Shown: in pieces, positions 24,001 to 39,000 of the stretch
Numbering within the stretch: position 1 is the stretch's first letter
How the letters are laid out: every line of letters starts with the position of its first letter
NCBI GenBank assembly: GCA_964035545.1
Contig: OZ037767.1
Coordinates: 1,437,680-1,501,679, forward strand
Length of the DNA: 64,000 nt
Direction: 5' to 3'
Source: Bugula neritina
Taxonomy: Eukaryota; Animalia; Bryozoa
Notes under the pieces: generated by a model
What the model saw: only the letters and a program-made list of their open reading frames with translations
Databases searched by the model: none
Told to the model about the DNA's origin: nothing
Translations under genes and position numbers: made by a program

Positions 24001-27000
24001 AGAAGTTCTCAAGTCTGCCAGGAATCCATTCTCAATGAGTCTGAAGAATGTCTCCTGATTGTCGATGCCGTAGACTCTCTCTAGGAACATCACCATCGCT
24101 GCCTTGTGCTCCGGTGTGAGTCCAGGAGGCACAGAGTCCGGCTTAGAAGCTTCCGGAAGGAGGAAGTGGAGGGAGAGAATTCCCTCCAAGTCTGCCATAC
24201 TGACCAGTGAGCGCAGGATTGATCTTGCTCTCACAGAATCACTGCGGCCAGCCTGCGTGCAGATAGAATGTTACTAGTACTAGTTCTACTCTACTAGTAT
24301 TACTCTACTACTACTAGTTGACTACTACTAGTAGTACTATGACTCTACAGTACTACTCTACAGTACAAACTTGTAGATTAATTTTAAAATACAATATTTT
24401 TCAGATATTAGTTTTCATGAGCACAAAGCTGCCTATTGTGGATGTGATGTCACTGTATATTAGGATGTGATGTCACTGTACATCAGGATGTGATGTCACT
24501 GTATATCAGGATGTGATGTCACTGTACATCAGGATGTGATGTCACTCACCTTGATAGTCTCCTCACTGGGAGCGCATCTACCCAGAAGGTCAACAAGAGT
24601 TGAGTAGAAGCTGAGAATAGCTGACCCCATGTCTATGTAGTCCTCGTTATCCTCGGAGGGCAGCGAGGAGAAGTCATACTTGCAGTTGGCCAGGTAGGGT
24701 TTACCTTGACTGTCAGCCATTGCTAACAGGAAGTTGCAGCTTGCAGAGTCTCTGGCAGCTGCAATCTGCAGAAACAACACAAAATCAACATATTCCATAT
24801 GAAAATCAGGTAATTGAAAACTTTAGTGAGAATCTTGTTCAACCTCGACAAAACAAAACATATCGTTTACTGTACAGTAGGCGTAATTATATTGCCAACA
24901 CTGTTCACTCATGACAATGTGTCATTTAATATAAAAAGTACCTGTTCACTCATGACAATGTGTCATTCAATATAAAAAGTACCTGTACACTCATGACAAT
25001 GTGTCATTTAATGTACCAAGTACCTGTTCACTCATGACAATGTGTCATTCAATATTACAAGTACCTGTTCACTCATGACAATGCCATACTTCATAGCCTT
25101 AAGTAACCCTCCTCCACCACTTTCGCCACGCAGTGCAGGTCCTAGACATTCTGGTCTTCTGATCAGAAGTCTAACAACTAGATTTGCATTCTCTTCCACT
25201 GATTCTCCTTCAAACATTAGTCAACATTCAGAGTCAGGTGAGTGGATGAGTCAGAGGGTAGAAGTTGATTGAAATATGCATCATATTCAGAGCTAGGAAA
25301 TTTTTGATTAATATACACACATTTACACACATTTACATCTACACACATTTACATCTAACCACATTTACATCTACACACATTTACATCTAACCACATTTAC
25401 ATCTACACACATTTACATTTACACACATTCACATCTACACACATTTACACATGTTAAAAACATCCTAAATTTTGCTATTCCATTTTCTAAGTTACTACTG
25501 ATTGTAAACTTTTATTAGTTTTCCAGTTATAGGAGTCAATGTTATACTATATAAAAATGGAGAAACATTCACATGCATTGCGTGGTATTCCACAAGCCTT
25601 ATAGTTTCCATAGCTACAGCATAAGTTATTCTATTGGTTGAGGAGTTTCTAAATTAGTCCTCATTGGCCGCATGTACTTTCTAATGTTAAAAAGTTGTGC
25701 ACCAAAATGTAACACTACTGCAAGGCTCTTACATAATATTTTACGTTGACCCAACCAGAATAATTATTAAAATCTGAGCTAGGATTTTTTAGAAGATATC
25801 AAAATGCTAACATCTAAAAGGCATGCATGAAATACATTACTAGGACTTCTAAGATTTAATTAAATTGTGTTATGATTATATGTAATCACTTTGAATTTAC
25901 ATTGTATAGAGTTCGCAACAATAACACAGACAAAAGAAGAATAAAAACCAAAATTATCCACTTGGTAAGAAGGTAAACATTAGCTGTACACGTAAATCCT
26001 GCTGCCCATATAATACTGCTGCCAGACAGCGTATGACTAACCAGCTGTAGTCATACTAACACACATTTATAATAAGAATGCCCTTCATCTTCCACAGTAA
26101 AACTATCAGTGTGATGTCAGATATAGCAGTGCAAATTCATCAGTGCACGAGATTATGTGTTTACGGCGTTTATTATGCAGCGACTAAACTAGAGCACTTT
26201 ACATTGATCTAGAAATCTTCAAGTTTGGATGACAATCATTGAGAAGAAAGTAAATTGTATTGATATTAATTGAAAAACCGCATGCAAGTTTTAAATTAAA
26301 ATTGGTGGCGCAGATAATTGTTGTCTGATAATGTTTAGACAGCGTGAAGTGCTCTAATTCAGTAGACAGAGAGAACACATCACAGGAGTAATAAATGCTG
26401 CCAATCAGGATGCTGCCTACCTTCCTCGCCGCTGCAATCACCTAAAGGGGTCACAAAACACAGTCAGCAATGAAACACACAACAGGTTGTGGTAGGTGGA
26501 TGACATTTATTTATAGCATATATTACTGATTGATTGGAGAACGGCTAATGGAAAGGAAACCACCAGAAAGGAACTACATCCGAGTGAACCGTATGGAAAG
26601 GGGAAGTAAGATGGTGGAGCAGGAAAACACTAGACATCATTGAACACGGACTAAAGCGTGTGGCTAAACACGGGCAGGTCAGATTGAGTAACAATCACTC
26701 AGAACTGTACTGGAGATGCTCCATTTATACTGTTATGTAATATCTTCATAACTCTTACCATTCACCCAAACACAAAACCTCAGGAAGTCTAAGAATCTCT
26801 CTCCTTCCACAGGATCCCAGCCGATATCAGGATATCCAGCAGCAAGTAGTTCCGGGTTAGACTAAAACAAGCAGCTCTCTTTTATGATGTATTGTTTATC
26901 AGCTTCAAGGATTTACTATTCCATACGTAGGAAACACCCGGAAAGTGATTATACTATAGCAAACACCGTAACTATTGTATAGAAAAGCCATAGTCTAGAG

Positions 27001-30000
27001 AGGGGCTATTCGATGACATATAGTACGCCAGACGTAAATAAAACAAAATTTAAAAGTATATCTGAGACAAACTTAAAAAATGCAAGTTCCAAATTTCAAC
27101 AGAAAAATAAAATACCTGGGTATACATAATTTATAGATCAGAAATTATTAGTAATATTGAAAACTCCGAGTATTTGATGGCGATGCAACTATTTAATATA
27201 ATTCATACCAAGCCTGGGATAAACTGGTTACTACTAACATATAATTAGATGTCATAGCCACTGATCTAGCGTACCTGTACACCCGCTCTGGACAGGTATG
27301 CCACAATCCTCTCCAAATGAGACTCTCGTAGAGCTAAGGCTAACTCATTGTTGTCCATGAGGGAGGAGTAGGCTACGTCTAGCGGGCAAGAGCCCCGCAG
27401 TGAAGGACGCACTGTGTAACAGGAAACACAATATAGATGATATCCACAAATATACTATACGTAAGATGATATCTACAGAATATACTATACATAAGATGAT
27501 ATCCACAGAATATACTATACATAGGATGATATCTACAGAGTATACTATACATGAGATGATATCTACAGAGTATACTATACATAAGGTGATATCCACAGAA
27601 TATACTATACATAAGATGATATCTACAGAATATACTATACATAAGATGATATTCACAGAGTATACTATATATAAGGTGATATCCACAGAATACACTATAC
27701 ATAAGATGATATCTACAGAATACACTATATATAAGATGATATCTACAGAGTATACTATACATAAGGTGATATCCACAGAATACACTATACATAAGATGAT
27801 ATCCACAGAATACACTATACATAAGATGATATCTACAGAATATACTACACATAAGATGATATCCACAGAATATACTATACATAAGATGATATCCACAGAA
27901 TATACTACACATAAGATGATATCCACAGAATATACTATACGTAAGATGATATCTACAGAATATACTATACATAAGATGATATCCACAGAATATACTATAC
28001 ATAGGATGATATCTACAGAGTATACTATACATGAGATGATATCTACAGAGTATACTATACATAAGGTGATATCCACAGAATACACTATACATAAGATGAT
28101 ATCCACAGAATACACTATACATAAGATGATATCTACAGAATATACTACACATAAGATGATATCCACAGAATATACTATACATAAGATGATATCCACAGAA
28201 TATACTACACATAAGATGATATCCACAGAATATACTATACATAAGATGATATCCACAGAATATACTACACATAAGATGATATCCACAGAATATACTATAC
28301 ATAAGATGATATCTACAGAGTATACTATACATAAGATGATATCTACAGAATACACTATACGTAAGATGATATCTACAGAGTATACTATACATAAGATGAT
28401 ATCTACAGAATATACTATACATAAGATGATATCTACAGAGTATACTATACATAAGATGATATCCACAGAATATACTATACATAAGATGATATCCACAGAA
28501 TATACTACACATAAGATGATATCCACAGAATACACTGCTGACCTAGCAACATGCTGCTATTCTCCAACAGGTACCCCAGGTGCTCAAACATGGCTTGTTG
28601 GTTCTTCCTGCTGATTCGGCAGAAATAGCAAAGAAATTTACAGCACATGACGACCATCTCGGAGCTGTCTGTCTCACTTCTCCTGTGGCAGCAAACAATG
28701 TAAAGGTAGCCGGCAGCACAACATATCTAATGTTATTCACATTAGTTCTAGTGGCATACAATATGAACACAGCTAGGAAAAAATAGAACATTTGAAATTT
28801 CATTTAACAGAAATTTTCCAGTTTCCCAGTGTTACAGGTAAGGTTAGAATAACTCACTCCTGTTGACTCTTGTTAAGAGTGGCCACCATCAGCTGCATGG
28901 TTGTCTCATGGACACAGAAGAGTCTCATCAGGTCAGGGTGCTGGAAGAATATCTTGTTGTCCATAATCTCACTGCAAGATGGAACTAGGTATTAAACCGA
29001 GACATTCTTATTGGTCAACAATAGAAACTATTACAATGGGTTAGGAGTTGCTTTCACCATACAAAAGAGGGTGAGAACAAGACAGCGTCAGAACAAATAT
29101 ATATATAAGTACAATGTACTAACTAATACAATACAGTGGGAGCCAGGGCATAACAAACAATATTGTAGTTTGACCAATTAGAAAAACTTAAACTTGTTGA
29201 AAAATTTAGCCAATGAAGTAGTTGAATCAGACCATCAAGGAAAAAAGAAGAAATATGAACAGATATACCCTCAGAGATATATTCCCCCCCACTTGGAAGG
29301 GGGGGAATATATGTAGTTCTCCAAGACCATTCATTATACAGAACTAAACACAAAGCAGTTACACAATTAGCTGACAACTGAGTAAAAACATTAGTTTCTC
29401 CTAATGTGTAGGTGATATAATGATTTATTCTGATGGGGGAGAATAAATCTTACAACAGTAACTGTAATCCAATATGAAAGGCTAAAGAACCGCTAACACT
29501 GTGATGACTTACGCGAGACTATGTTTGAGTATTTCCTCTTCGTGTGGAGATCCTTGCACGCTCAGCAGAGACCTGATGTTGCAGAGTGGCTTCATCAGAT
29601 GGTACAGGTCTTCTATACTCTTCTCACCAATAGCATATGTCTTAGAGAGAGCCGTTATTACCTGGTAACACAGCATTTAGAGTTTATAGAAAAATGTAGA
29701 ACTACTATTATCTGGTAACACAGAATTTAGAGTTTACAGAAAGATGTAGAATTGTTTTTATACATGGAAGATGAACTGCAGCAAAAATTAACTTTTACTA
29801 CATTCACTGATAGTAGAGAAACGAAAGTGCCACATTTGATTCCACACTAAATCTTCCAGCACCTGAGAAAATTTTATCATTAAAAAGTACACAATTCCAA
29901 ACAGCTATCACACGAGACATATAGCAACAGTTAATTATAGTGTCTACATCTTTATGTCTCCAATGACAGAGCTAGCTGGAAACTACAACACACTGCTGGA

Positions 30001-33000
30001 TATGAAAGGGAAAATACAATTGATATATATTTACTAACGTATACAATATTGCTTATGTGTATGTAAGTCACTATGCATGTAGCTTTTATAGCATTGTACT
30101 GTCTGTATAGCATTAACGTACCTCTCCTAGAGCCATCGTACTGTCTATACTTACCTCTCCTAGAGCATCATACTGTATATACTTACCTCTCCTAGAGCAT
30201 CATACTGTATATACTTACCTCTCCTAGAGCATCATACTGTCTATACTTACCTCTCCTAGAGCATCATACTGTATATACTTACCTCTCCTAGAGCATCATA
30301 CTGTCTATACTTACCTCCCCTAACGCATCATACTGTCTGTACAGCAGAGAAAACATCTGCCTGACAAGCTCTTGACTCTGTATCAGACTACACTTGGACC
30401 ACTTGATCATTGTTGAAGCTATGAGCTTCTGCAGAGTGTCTATAAGAGAATCAGTTTATAGATGCAGACCCGTTTACATATCAGAAAATACCACACCTAA
30501 AACCTTAGTAATATAGAAGTGAATTCTCATGTTCATTGCATCCATTTACTTTATATATACATTTGTGTCACATGTTGAGTTAAAATGTTTATAAATGTCA
30601 AGACTGTCGAGAGTGTATGTTCTAAATTATGTTAAAATACAATTAAAAGCAATGAAAGTTGTTTTACAGCTTTTAAATCATAGTGACAATAAATTAAAAT
30701 TTTACCTGAAAAATAATAAAAATTAAAATAAAAATCAAAGGTGTTAATATGAAAAGAGGAATCAGATTGGTGAAGCTTGTACCAGTTGATAATTTCACTA
30801 ACAGAGCTTCAGAAGGAGCTTACAGGAAACACTCAAAGTTCCTACCACATGGTTCTTCTGTTGTCTCGCTGGCTCCATCTCCTTCCTTCCCGCTACCACT
30901 CAACCCAAACAGCCTGCTCAGTACCCCGGGGGACTCCCCTTCTGTATCCACCTCCTCCACTTCCTCCTCAAACAGACGGCAATGACTCATCAGTTGGTCA
31001 TGGAACTCACCAAGACTGGCCTGCAGCTCCGGGTTGGGGAGAGACTTTGTCTGGTCCTCGGTCTCTTCCTCATCTGGACTGAAGTTTATGGCACTCCTCA
31101 TCTGCAGACAGGAAATGACATCAATTTAGTTAACGTAACTAATGCCCTTCGGAGTAGTGTAGATATTTTACGCTAGACCCCCCTTTCCCCCCCCCCAATC
31201 ACAAAAGTTGTATCCAGTAGCATGTCTAGCAAAGCTGTGGAAATACTCAGATTTAATCCACTTCCAGCTCAAGCTATTTTTTTAGTAATGGTTTTATGTT
31301 ATATTAATATTAGTAGCCTATGTGATATTAGGGTTAAAATTTAGCTGTAGTAGTGAAGAAATTCCAATAGCCCCTGCTCCTTAAATTTTAATATTTAGTC
31401 CACATTAAAAATCTAATGAGAAGCCTAATAAAAATACAAGCTTTTCCGAAATCTAGCTAAACTTAGAGTCAGTATCAAAATCAAAAGCAAAATCTCTTCA
31501 AAAAAATGGGATACCTTTTAATATTGCACTTTGTATCACTTTGAAAAATTTACTCAATACAAATGTTGAATAAGTTTAGAAATTCCTTATAATAGACTTG
31601 TCTAGTTCTAAAACATCCTGAGGTTTCAATCACCTGCTCTCTAGGAGATGAGCGGAACTCTTTAGTCTTCTTGGCAGCTATGGCAGGTGACATGACACTT
31701 GACGTAATCTGTCTATATCTATCCAGCTGCTCCTTCTGTATCTTCTGCACGTATTCAGCTGAGTAGGTGAACAGAGCTTCTATCCTGTGTCTACAAACAT
31801 TTTATTTATTCAGAGACTGGTGCTGTAGAGAGCTGACATTACATCAATATATGCTGCCAAAGATTTAATTTATTCCGATAGTTGTAAACTTTAGCACAAT
31901 ATTTTACTCTTTCTTCCAATACATAAATCTAATACTGTTATTACTTTAGCAGATTTCAATTGCTTCATATCATTCAAACTAGTTGCTAATGCTATCTTCT
32001 ATTTTATGCCACTTCAAATATAATTTTCCTTATATTTAATGCTATGGCGGGTCAATGTTTGAACAGCCACATTCTTGAGCAGCAACATTGAGCACTTTCA
32101 GAACATGTCAGGGTTAAAAATAACTCATGCTAGAACTGAGTTGAGTTACTAATGAGTTGTCTTGAACATCACTCACCTGCCTAACTAGTAACCTTAATGA
32201 CACGTTTGACAGAGTGTCACAAGTGCTACACGACTCACTGACAGGTGTCACTAACCTGACTTGTGCATCACAAAGATGGTGGAATATAGCGCAGAGCTGT
32301 ATCTTTACATCCTCTTCCAGGTCCATTTGGAGGAGTCCTTGACCATCTGGGATATCGCTGAAGGTCACGGGGTCAGTCAGCCTGAGTAGCTGCTTTATCT
32401 CAGAGTCGCTGACTAAACCCATTACTAGTAGGTTATCAATTGTCTTCAGAATTGGCCTATAATATATTCATTTTTCCTTAGTATAATTTTCACCAGCATA
32501 CGTTGCGTAGCTTCAGTTTATTCCATCTTAATGCATCAAGTCATTTAGTTATTCACTTGGCAATAGAGCATAAAGATTTAACTGAATAAACACTAATAGT
32601 TTTGCCCAAACAACAATTAACCTCAGCAAAAACAATGTAAACATTGAACATGGAAACTAAAAGAAAAAAACCTTTAGTTACAAGATTTATAAATCTTAAA
32701 CATGCCCACCAAAATCACTTAATACCCACAATCCCAATTGGAAATTAGTAAAAACATATGTTGATTGCTAGCACTAGAGGACCTACACAAACAGGTGGGT
32801 ACAACTTCCACCAATAGGATCTCGGATATGACCGGCGCCATTGTTCACAGCATCCATCAGAGCCTTCATCATGAACTGCTTTAGCTTGTCTAGCGGTATG
32901 AGGGGGCTGGAGAGTTGGGGAACAGAGGCTAGCCTTAAAAACTCTAACTCCTGCATTAAATAGGACAACAAAAATCACTAAAACAAATAATAATGCTGGG

Positions 33001-36000
33001 AGAATGAAATCAGTAACAACGATTTGAAAGGGGGTAAAACAAAAGTTCTACTTTAGACCTAAGGAGACAGTTAAGAAGGCAATTCTGTACGAGGGCTAGA
33101 GACGCCTGCCCTACCTGCTCACTGAGTGCCAGCTTCGGTCTTATGGTTAGGAATGACTGGCCGTCTGGTACTGTTTTCATAATAGGCTTTTCATTCTCTC
33201 CAATATCATCTCTGTACACCGGCACCTAGGATAACAGAAGTTTGCTGACAATTAGAGATCAATGAGTGCAGACGTAGGTTACATTGATCTCAACTACAGC
33301 TGCTAGGGGAGTGCGTAGCTAGCTTGAAAAGCAGGACTAGTGCATAAAAATTAACAGTAAAAAGCCAAAAATTGAAAGGATATGAAATGACACATATCGG
33401 CTACAACTCATTTATCAGTCATGACTGACACATCAGCTATGACTCATACATCAGTAATGATTCATACATCAAGCTATGACTCGCACATTATTTACGACTC
33501 ACACACTAGTTATGACTCATACTAGAAACTTGCAGCTGAACACATGCGTTTAGTAAGCCAAGCTGTATAATAACCCAAGAACAAACATTTGGCAATAACT
33601 TAGTCCATGTGTATCAGACAGTAACATGTACACGAAACATGTACCAAACCTCAACATAAATGGGTCTTCTGAAAACCAACAGAATGTTACAACAACAGAA
33701 AACTAACAGAGGAGATAAACCCAAGTGTTTTAGTAGAGAGCATACATGTACAACTACATGAGTCTGACTACGGCAGGTCAGGTTATTTACCCGTGGTACA
33801 ACAGTATCTCGATCATCGTAGTCTGAGGGAGGCTAAACATGTTACAGAGACGGTCAGCAAATCACATAGTACATGCTATCAGTACATGTTAAGATTACAG
33901 ACTAAAATGTTACATTCCTAGCAGACACATGTAAGGAAACGACGAGAAATTATAGTTCCCTTCTAGTACCGATTGCGGATTATTAGCAATGCAGAAATAA
34001 TGACAGTCTACCACAAAAAGCCGATGCTAAAAGAGCCAAAACAAGGAAACAGTGAAAAAATATTATTCAGCTCGTACATATTAATGTAAAAAAGCATTAA
34101 TTAAGGTGATGATTCTATAGCAGTACTAAGTTAATTATGATATAATCAAATCATAAACTCAATAATTCAAATCAACGTAGTAATTATGTGTGATTAGGAA
34201 TAACATAGGAAATATGAATATACTGTAATAAAGTAAACATTGAAATCATATGATGAACCAACATACAGGCTGGTCAGGTGATGTAATCCTCAGAGGAAAG
34301 ACGTATTCACTTTCAGTAAGCAGACGAATCTTGCTGTGGGCATTCAAGTGGATGGCATTGAGAAGGTCATGAAAACCCATCCTGAGAGCTCCGGACAGGT
34401 CTATGAAGGTCAGGTTTCATTAGTACCACTTGTTACTACTTACAGTTACTGGTTACTAGTTACTAGTTACTGTTACTAGTTACCACTTATAGTTACTTGT
34501 AACTATTTATAGTTACTAGTAAATATCCAGTAACTGGAGTGATATAGTACCTAATAACTTTTTTACCAACTAATAACAATCAATAGTTTATAGGGCTAAT
34601 TGACAACAAACCAACAAAGTGATGAATGCTATTTCACAAAAGACCAGTTATTCTGTACATCACCAGTTCAAAGGTCAGCTGTTAGAACTACTCACATGGA
34701 TCTTGTATTGCATGCATCAGTTGCCTCTCATCCACGTGTTTTATGAGCTCATGGGCGGCGTGGAAGTTTCCGTGGCTACAGATGGCGCAATACAGCTGCA
34801 ACGTTTTAGCGTGGAAGTTAAGAACGTCGGGAATCTCGGGGAGCTCCAAAGCATCCATACATCTCTCTTCCTCGGGAATATGCACGGCCAGCATACCAAC
34901 AGAGTCTTCAGTGAGCATGCTCCAACCTTTTGTGTCGGACATCTTCATTCTGTGCACTTTGACGGTGCGATTGGGGGCTCTAGACCAAGTGCTTGGCGTC
35001 AAGACTTGAACATCGAGACGGGACGGGCACTGGGGCTCCGTCTGTTTGCCACCCCGGAACATGCCAGAAGATATCGGCAGAGCAACCTGAAGCAAATAGT
35101 AGTGTGCAACTCAAAACACATAACAAAAAGTAAGCTACAACACACACTGTTCAAACACATGTATATATGTCTCATACATATCATATAATTGGCGAATACA
35201 GTTGCATATTGTGTGACATTCACTCCACACAATCATACACTCTACACTTACCCGAGTGCGGCCGATCTCAAAGTGTAGATTATCAACAGAGGTTGGCTCG
35301 TAAATAACTCCAGGAAATAGCTTTGTGCCAGGTTCAACCTGAAATGTGACATTTCACTATTTTCACATAAAAGATGTCACTTCGACAGTTAAAGCTGTCA
35401 CAGATTCACATACAGGTTAAAGCAAACTTCAATAGAAAATTTCAACTTGAAACTATAACCAGAGTTCTTAGGTTACCTGAAACTTGTTGGGAAGTTCACG
35501 GCCATTCAGAGTAAAGGTAAGAAAGCCATTCGAGACATTGATAAGGCAGCCAATGAGAGTGCCCGCACTATCACGGCCAGTAGCAGAACTGGAAATTAGG
35601 TCATGGCTACCATACTTGTGTGCTACTTCCCCTGCGTGTACCATGTACATCTCTCTTCTGCTGATACTAAAGGAAGGCCAAAGAGAAGGAATTATATATA
35701 CAGAGAGAGTCTTAGAAGCTAAAGTAGAAGCTTGATTTCAAGTTATAAACAATGCATGTATTCTATTCTATGCCATACCTAGTTTTCATGTTCGCACCGT
35801 CTAGAGCACCAAGGTTTACATGTCGCACACATTTGGGAGAGAAGTCCAGAGATGGTCTGTTGAAGTTACTGGTGAACCAGCCAACATACACACTATTGGG
35901 GTCCTGTCCAGGAAGCAGTCGTAAGCCGTAGTAGTAGGTGTCTATGCTTTCAGCGTTGGTCTCCAGGTCCTTAAGAAAACTCAATTAGTTGGCAAGTTGT

Positions 36001-39000
36001 AAGATTGAAGATATCAGAGCGGCAGCATTTCTAAACAGCAGCTAATGTCACCCCAAATATCACAATGGTTAAAATGACATGAATGGCTCAACACTGAATT
36101 GCTGTTAACAGTAATTATTTAGTGAATATACGGACTATAGTACTCTTACTAAGTACTACTAGTAATGTTCACTGCCACCGTACACAACTATGGCAACAAT
36201 AGTATTTAGTACTAATTACAAATGGTGTATACTATTACTAGTTTCATACCCTTAACTGTTATCACTGCATAGTGAGTACTACTATGACTGAGCAATTGTA
36301 CCAACTACTCTAATGTAACTGGCTACTACTACTAAGTAATAAAGTAACTGACTACTCACACTACCACTACTCTACTACCACTAAGTACTAATAGAACTAC
36401 TACTCACACTACTACTACTAACCTGCAACTCTCCAGCCGTCAGGTCAATGCTGTCGCTGCCGTAGCTCGTCTCACTCATTCCCTGAGACAGAGGTGGGTG
36501 TGGCCTTCCACTCGTCGGCACCACATCTGGTGGTGCAGCAATGAAACCATCAGTGAATGCACTGCAGACAGACAATACAACTTACTTCTCCTTTTTTTAA
36601 ATCAAGCAAAAATCATTTTTACATTTCAGCGAAACTTTAGATATATCTGATTTACCTCTCACTCTTACATGCATAGACTCTAGTTATCAATATGATTATC
36701 ACTTAACTCTCAATCTCACATGCGAGAAGTCGGGTTGTCAATATTAACATAATTCACCTCTTATGCCACAGAGTCTAGTTATTGATATAATACTCACCTC
36801 TCCTTCTCTCGTATGCTAGATCTAGTTATTGATATAATACTCACCTCTCCTTCTCTCGTATGCTAGATCTAGTTATCGATATAATACTCACCTCTCCTTC
36901 TCTCGTATGCTAGATCTAGTTATCGATATCGGAGAAGGATCTCTGGACTTTCCCTTCTTTTTCAGAAAATGGAATTTTGACTTCTGGTGTTTGCTACTAA
37001 AAAACATAGAGTACTGGTGCATCATTGCTCTGGCATATGAGGCTAGTCTCTCCTCCAAAAGCATTACTACGTCATCGATTCATCATAACCAGAAACACTG
37101 AGCAGAGAGAGAACTTACTCCAGAGTGGCCGACTTCGCATGACCGTTCAGCATGTCACTGGACGCTGAGATGGTAGGCTCATCTGCTGAGCTTCCCCTTG
37201 TCAACTTCCCTCTTTGAGTCTTCTTATCATCATCTAAGATGTCTGCGTTAAAGCTTCTATTCAGAGCTAAATAATCAATAATTTCACACTTGGGTTATGG
37301 AGATAAGAAGTGGAGTGGCTTAAAATTTTATTCATTTATTCAAAGAAAGGTATTTAAATTCATGTTGGTTAAATTTATGTTGCATTACGAGCATCTACTA
37401 TAAAGATGTAGAGGCTTCTAGAACTAATGAAGTGTCATATGCAGAGATTACAGAAGTTTATCTACAACACTATAAAGTCGAGCTAGAGCCACACGCAGAA
37501 CTGGGAGAGATACACATACATCTTTACTATACTAGAGTCATACAAGCTGTAATCACTTGACAGGGAGTATGTAGTTGAATACAGCTGATAATATTTTACT
37601 AACATGCAGAAAACAGGCTACAGTGATCTAATAGAAAGGTTCAATTTGATTGATATCACTGAGATGAGTACGTCTGCATGGATAATGAGAGAGATGACTA
37701 CATTTGCACTGACAAGGAGAGAGATAAGTACGTCTGCACTGGCAATGAAAGAGATGAGTACGTCTGTACTGGCAATGAGAGAGATGAGTACGTCTGTACT
37801 GGCAATGAGAGAGATGAGTACGTCTGCATTGGCAATGAGAAATATGAGTATGTCTGCACTGGCAAAGAGAGAGGTGAGTACGTCTGCACTAACAACAAGA
37901 GAGATGAGTACGTCTGTACTGGCAATGAGAGAGATGAGTATGTTAGCACTAACAATGAGAGAGATGAGTACGTCTGCACTGGCAAAGAGAGAGGCGAGTA
38001 CGTCTGCACTAACAACAAGAGAGATGAGTACGTCTGTACTGAAAATGAATATCTGAGCAGAGCCTATAACAAAATAATGAAAAAAGGATAGAGACAGCAG
38101 AAATATAGTAGAAAGAAAATTAGGAAGATACACAGATAGAATAGAATAGAGCAATTATTACCAGGAAACACACAAGAAAAAAAAGAAGAGACACAAAGTG
38201 GTTGAAGAAGTAACGACACACCCATAAGAGTTCAAACAGGATTGGCAGGCGAGACAGGCAGGCTAAGAAGCTGGGATGAGCCGGGTGCATTCATACGGCA
38301 CACAATACTTACATTTAGACGAAGCAGACAAGGATCTGCCTCCTAGAGATTGTATCAAAAGAAAGGTACACATCAATGGGAGAACACTGGAAAGGATTGT
38401 ACACAAAAACACTAGAGGGGAGTGGAGGTAAGACCCACTAATTTAGCATCCTAAACTGTATAGGGTCTCCACATATGTATATAGCACAGGTTATACAGTC
38501 TGGGAGGGTAGGAAATTGGACTGACAACAATTACAACACAATAAAATAAAATATATGACTGAACAACAATAGAACAGCACATTATATGGCTAAACCTCTG
38601 GGAGATTACATCTACACCACAATCAGAGCTAAATGAACATTAATGTCATGCATACACAAGTGAAGGTCAAATGTCTATGTATATATAGGTCAAGGTAAAT
38701 CACATGATGTCGAGTATCTCAAGGTCACAATAGTGTCAAGGTCACTTGTAGGACATACATAAAACTGCCTATTTAAGAAAGAAAAATTAGGCAGCGTCAC
38801 TTACTCTTGCGGAAGGAAATTTGCCTAAGTTTCTGAGTTATATTTGAAGAGCTGTTAGAGGAGCTGTGTCTATCAGCCCGTTTCAGTAAGAGCTTCATGC
38901 TTTCTGGAGGAGGCGAACATGCAATCATACAAACAATGTGTGACGGAACATGATGCAACCTATCAGAGCGCAAGCGCGGCAGCAGTGGCAGCAAAAGCTA

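Noticed and set aside
27345-28614. Three ORFs of 377-404 aa on both strands
   Set aside because: Translations of a 30-bp minisatellite inside an RyR intron; no independent gene signals
34619-35188. 189-aa plus-strand ORF and other antisense ORFs over exons
   Set aside because: Shadow ORFs antisense to RyR coding exons with no recognisable protein features
37604-38154. Four overlapping repetitive ORFs
   Set aside because: 30-bp intronic minisatellite
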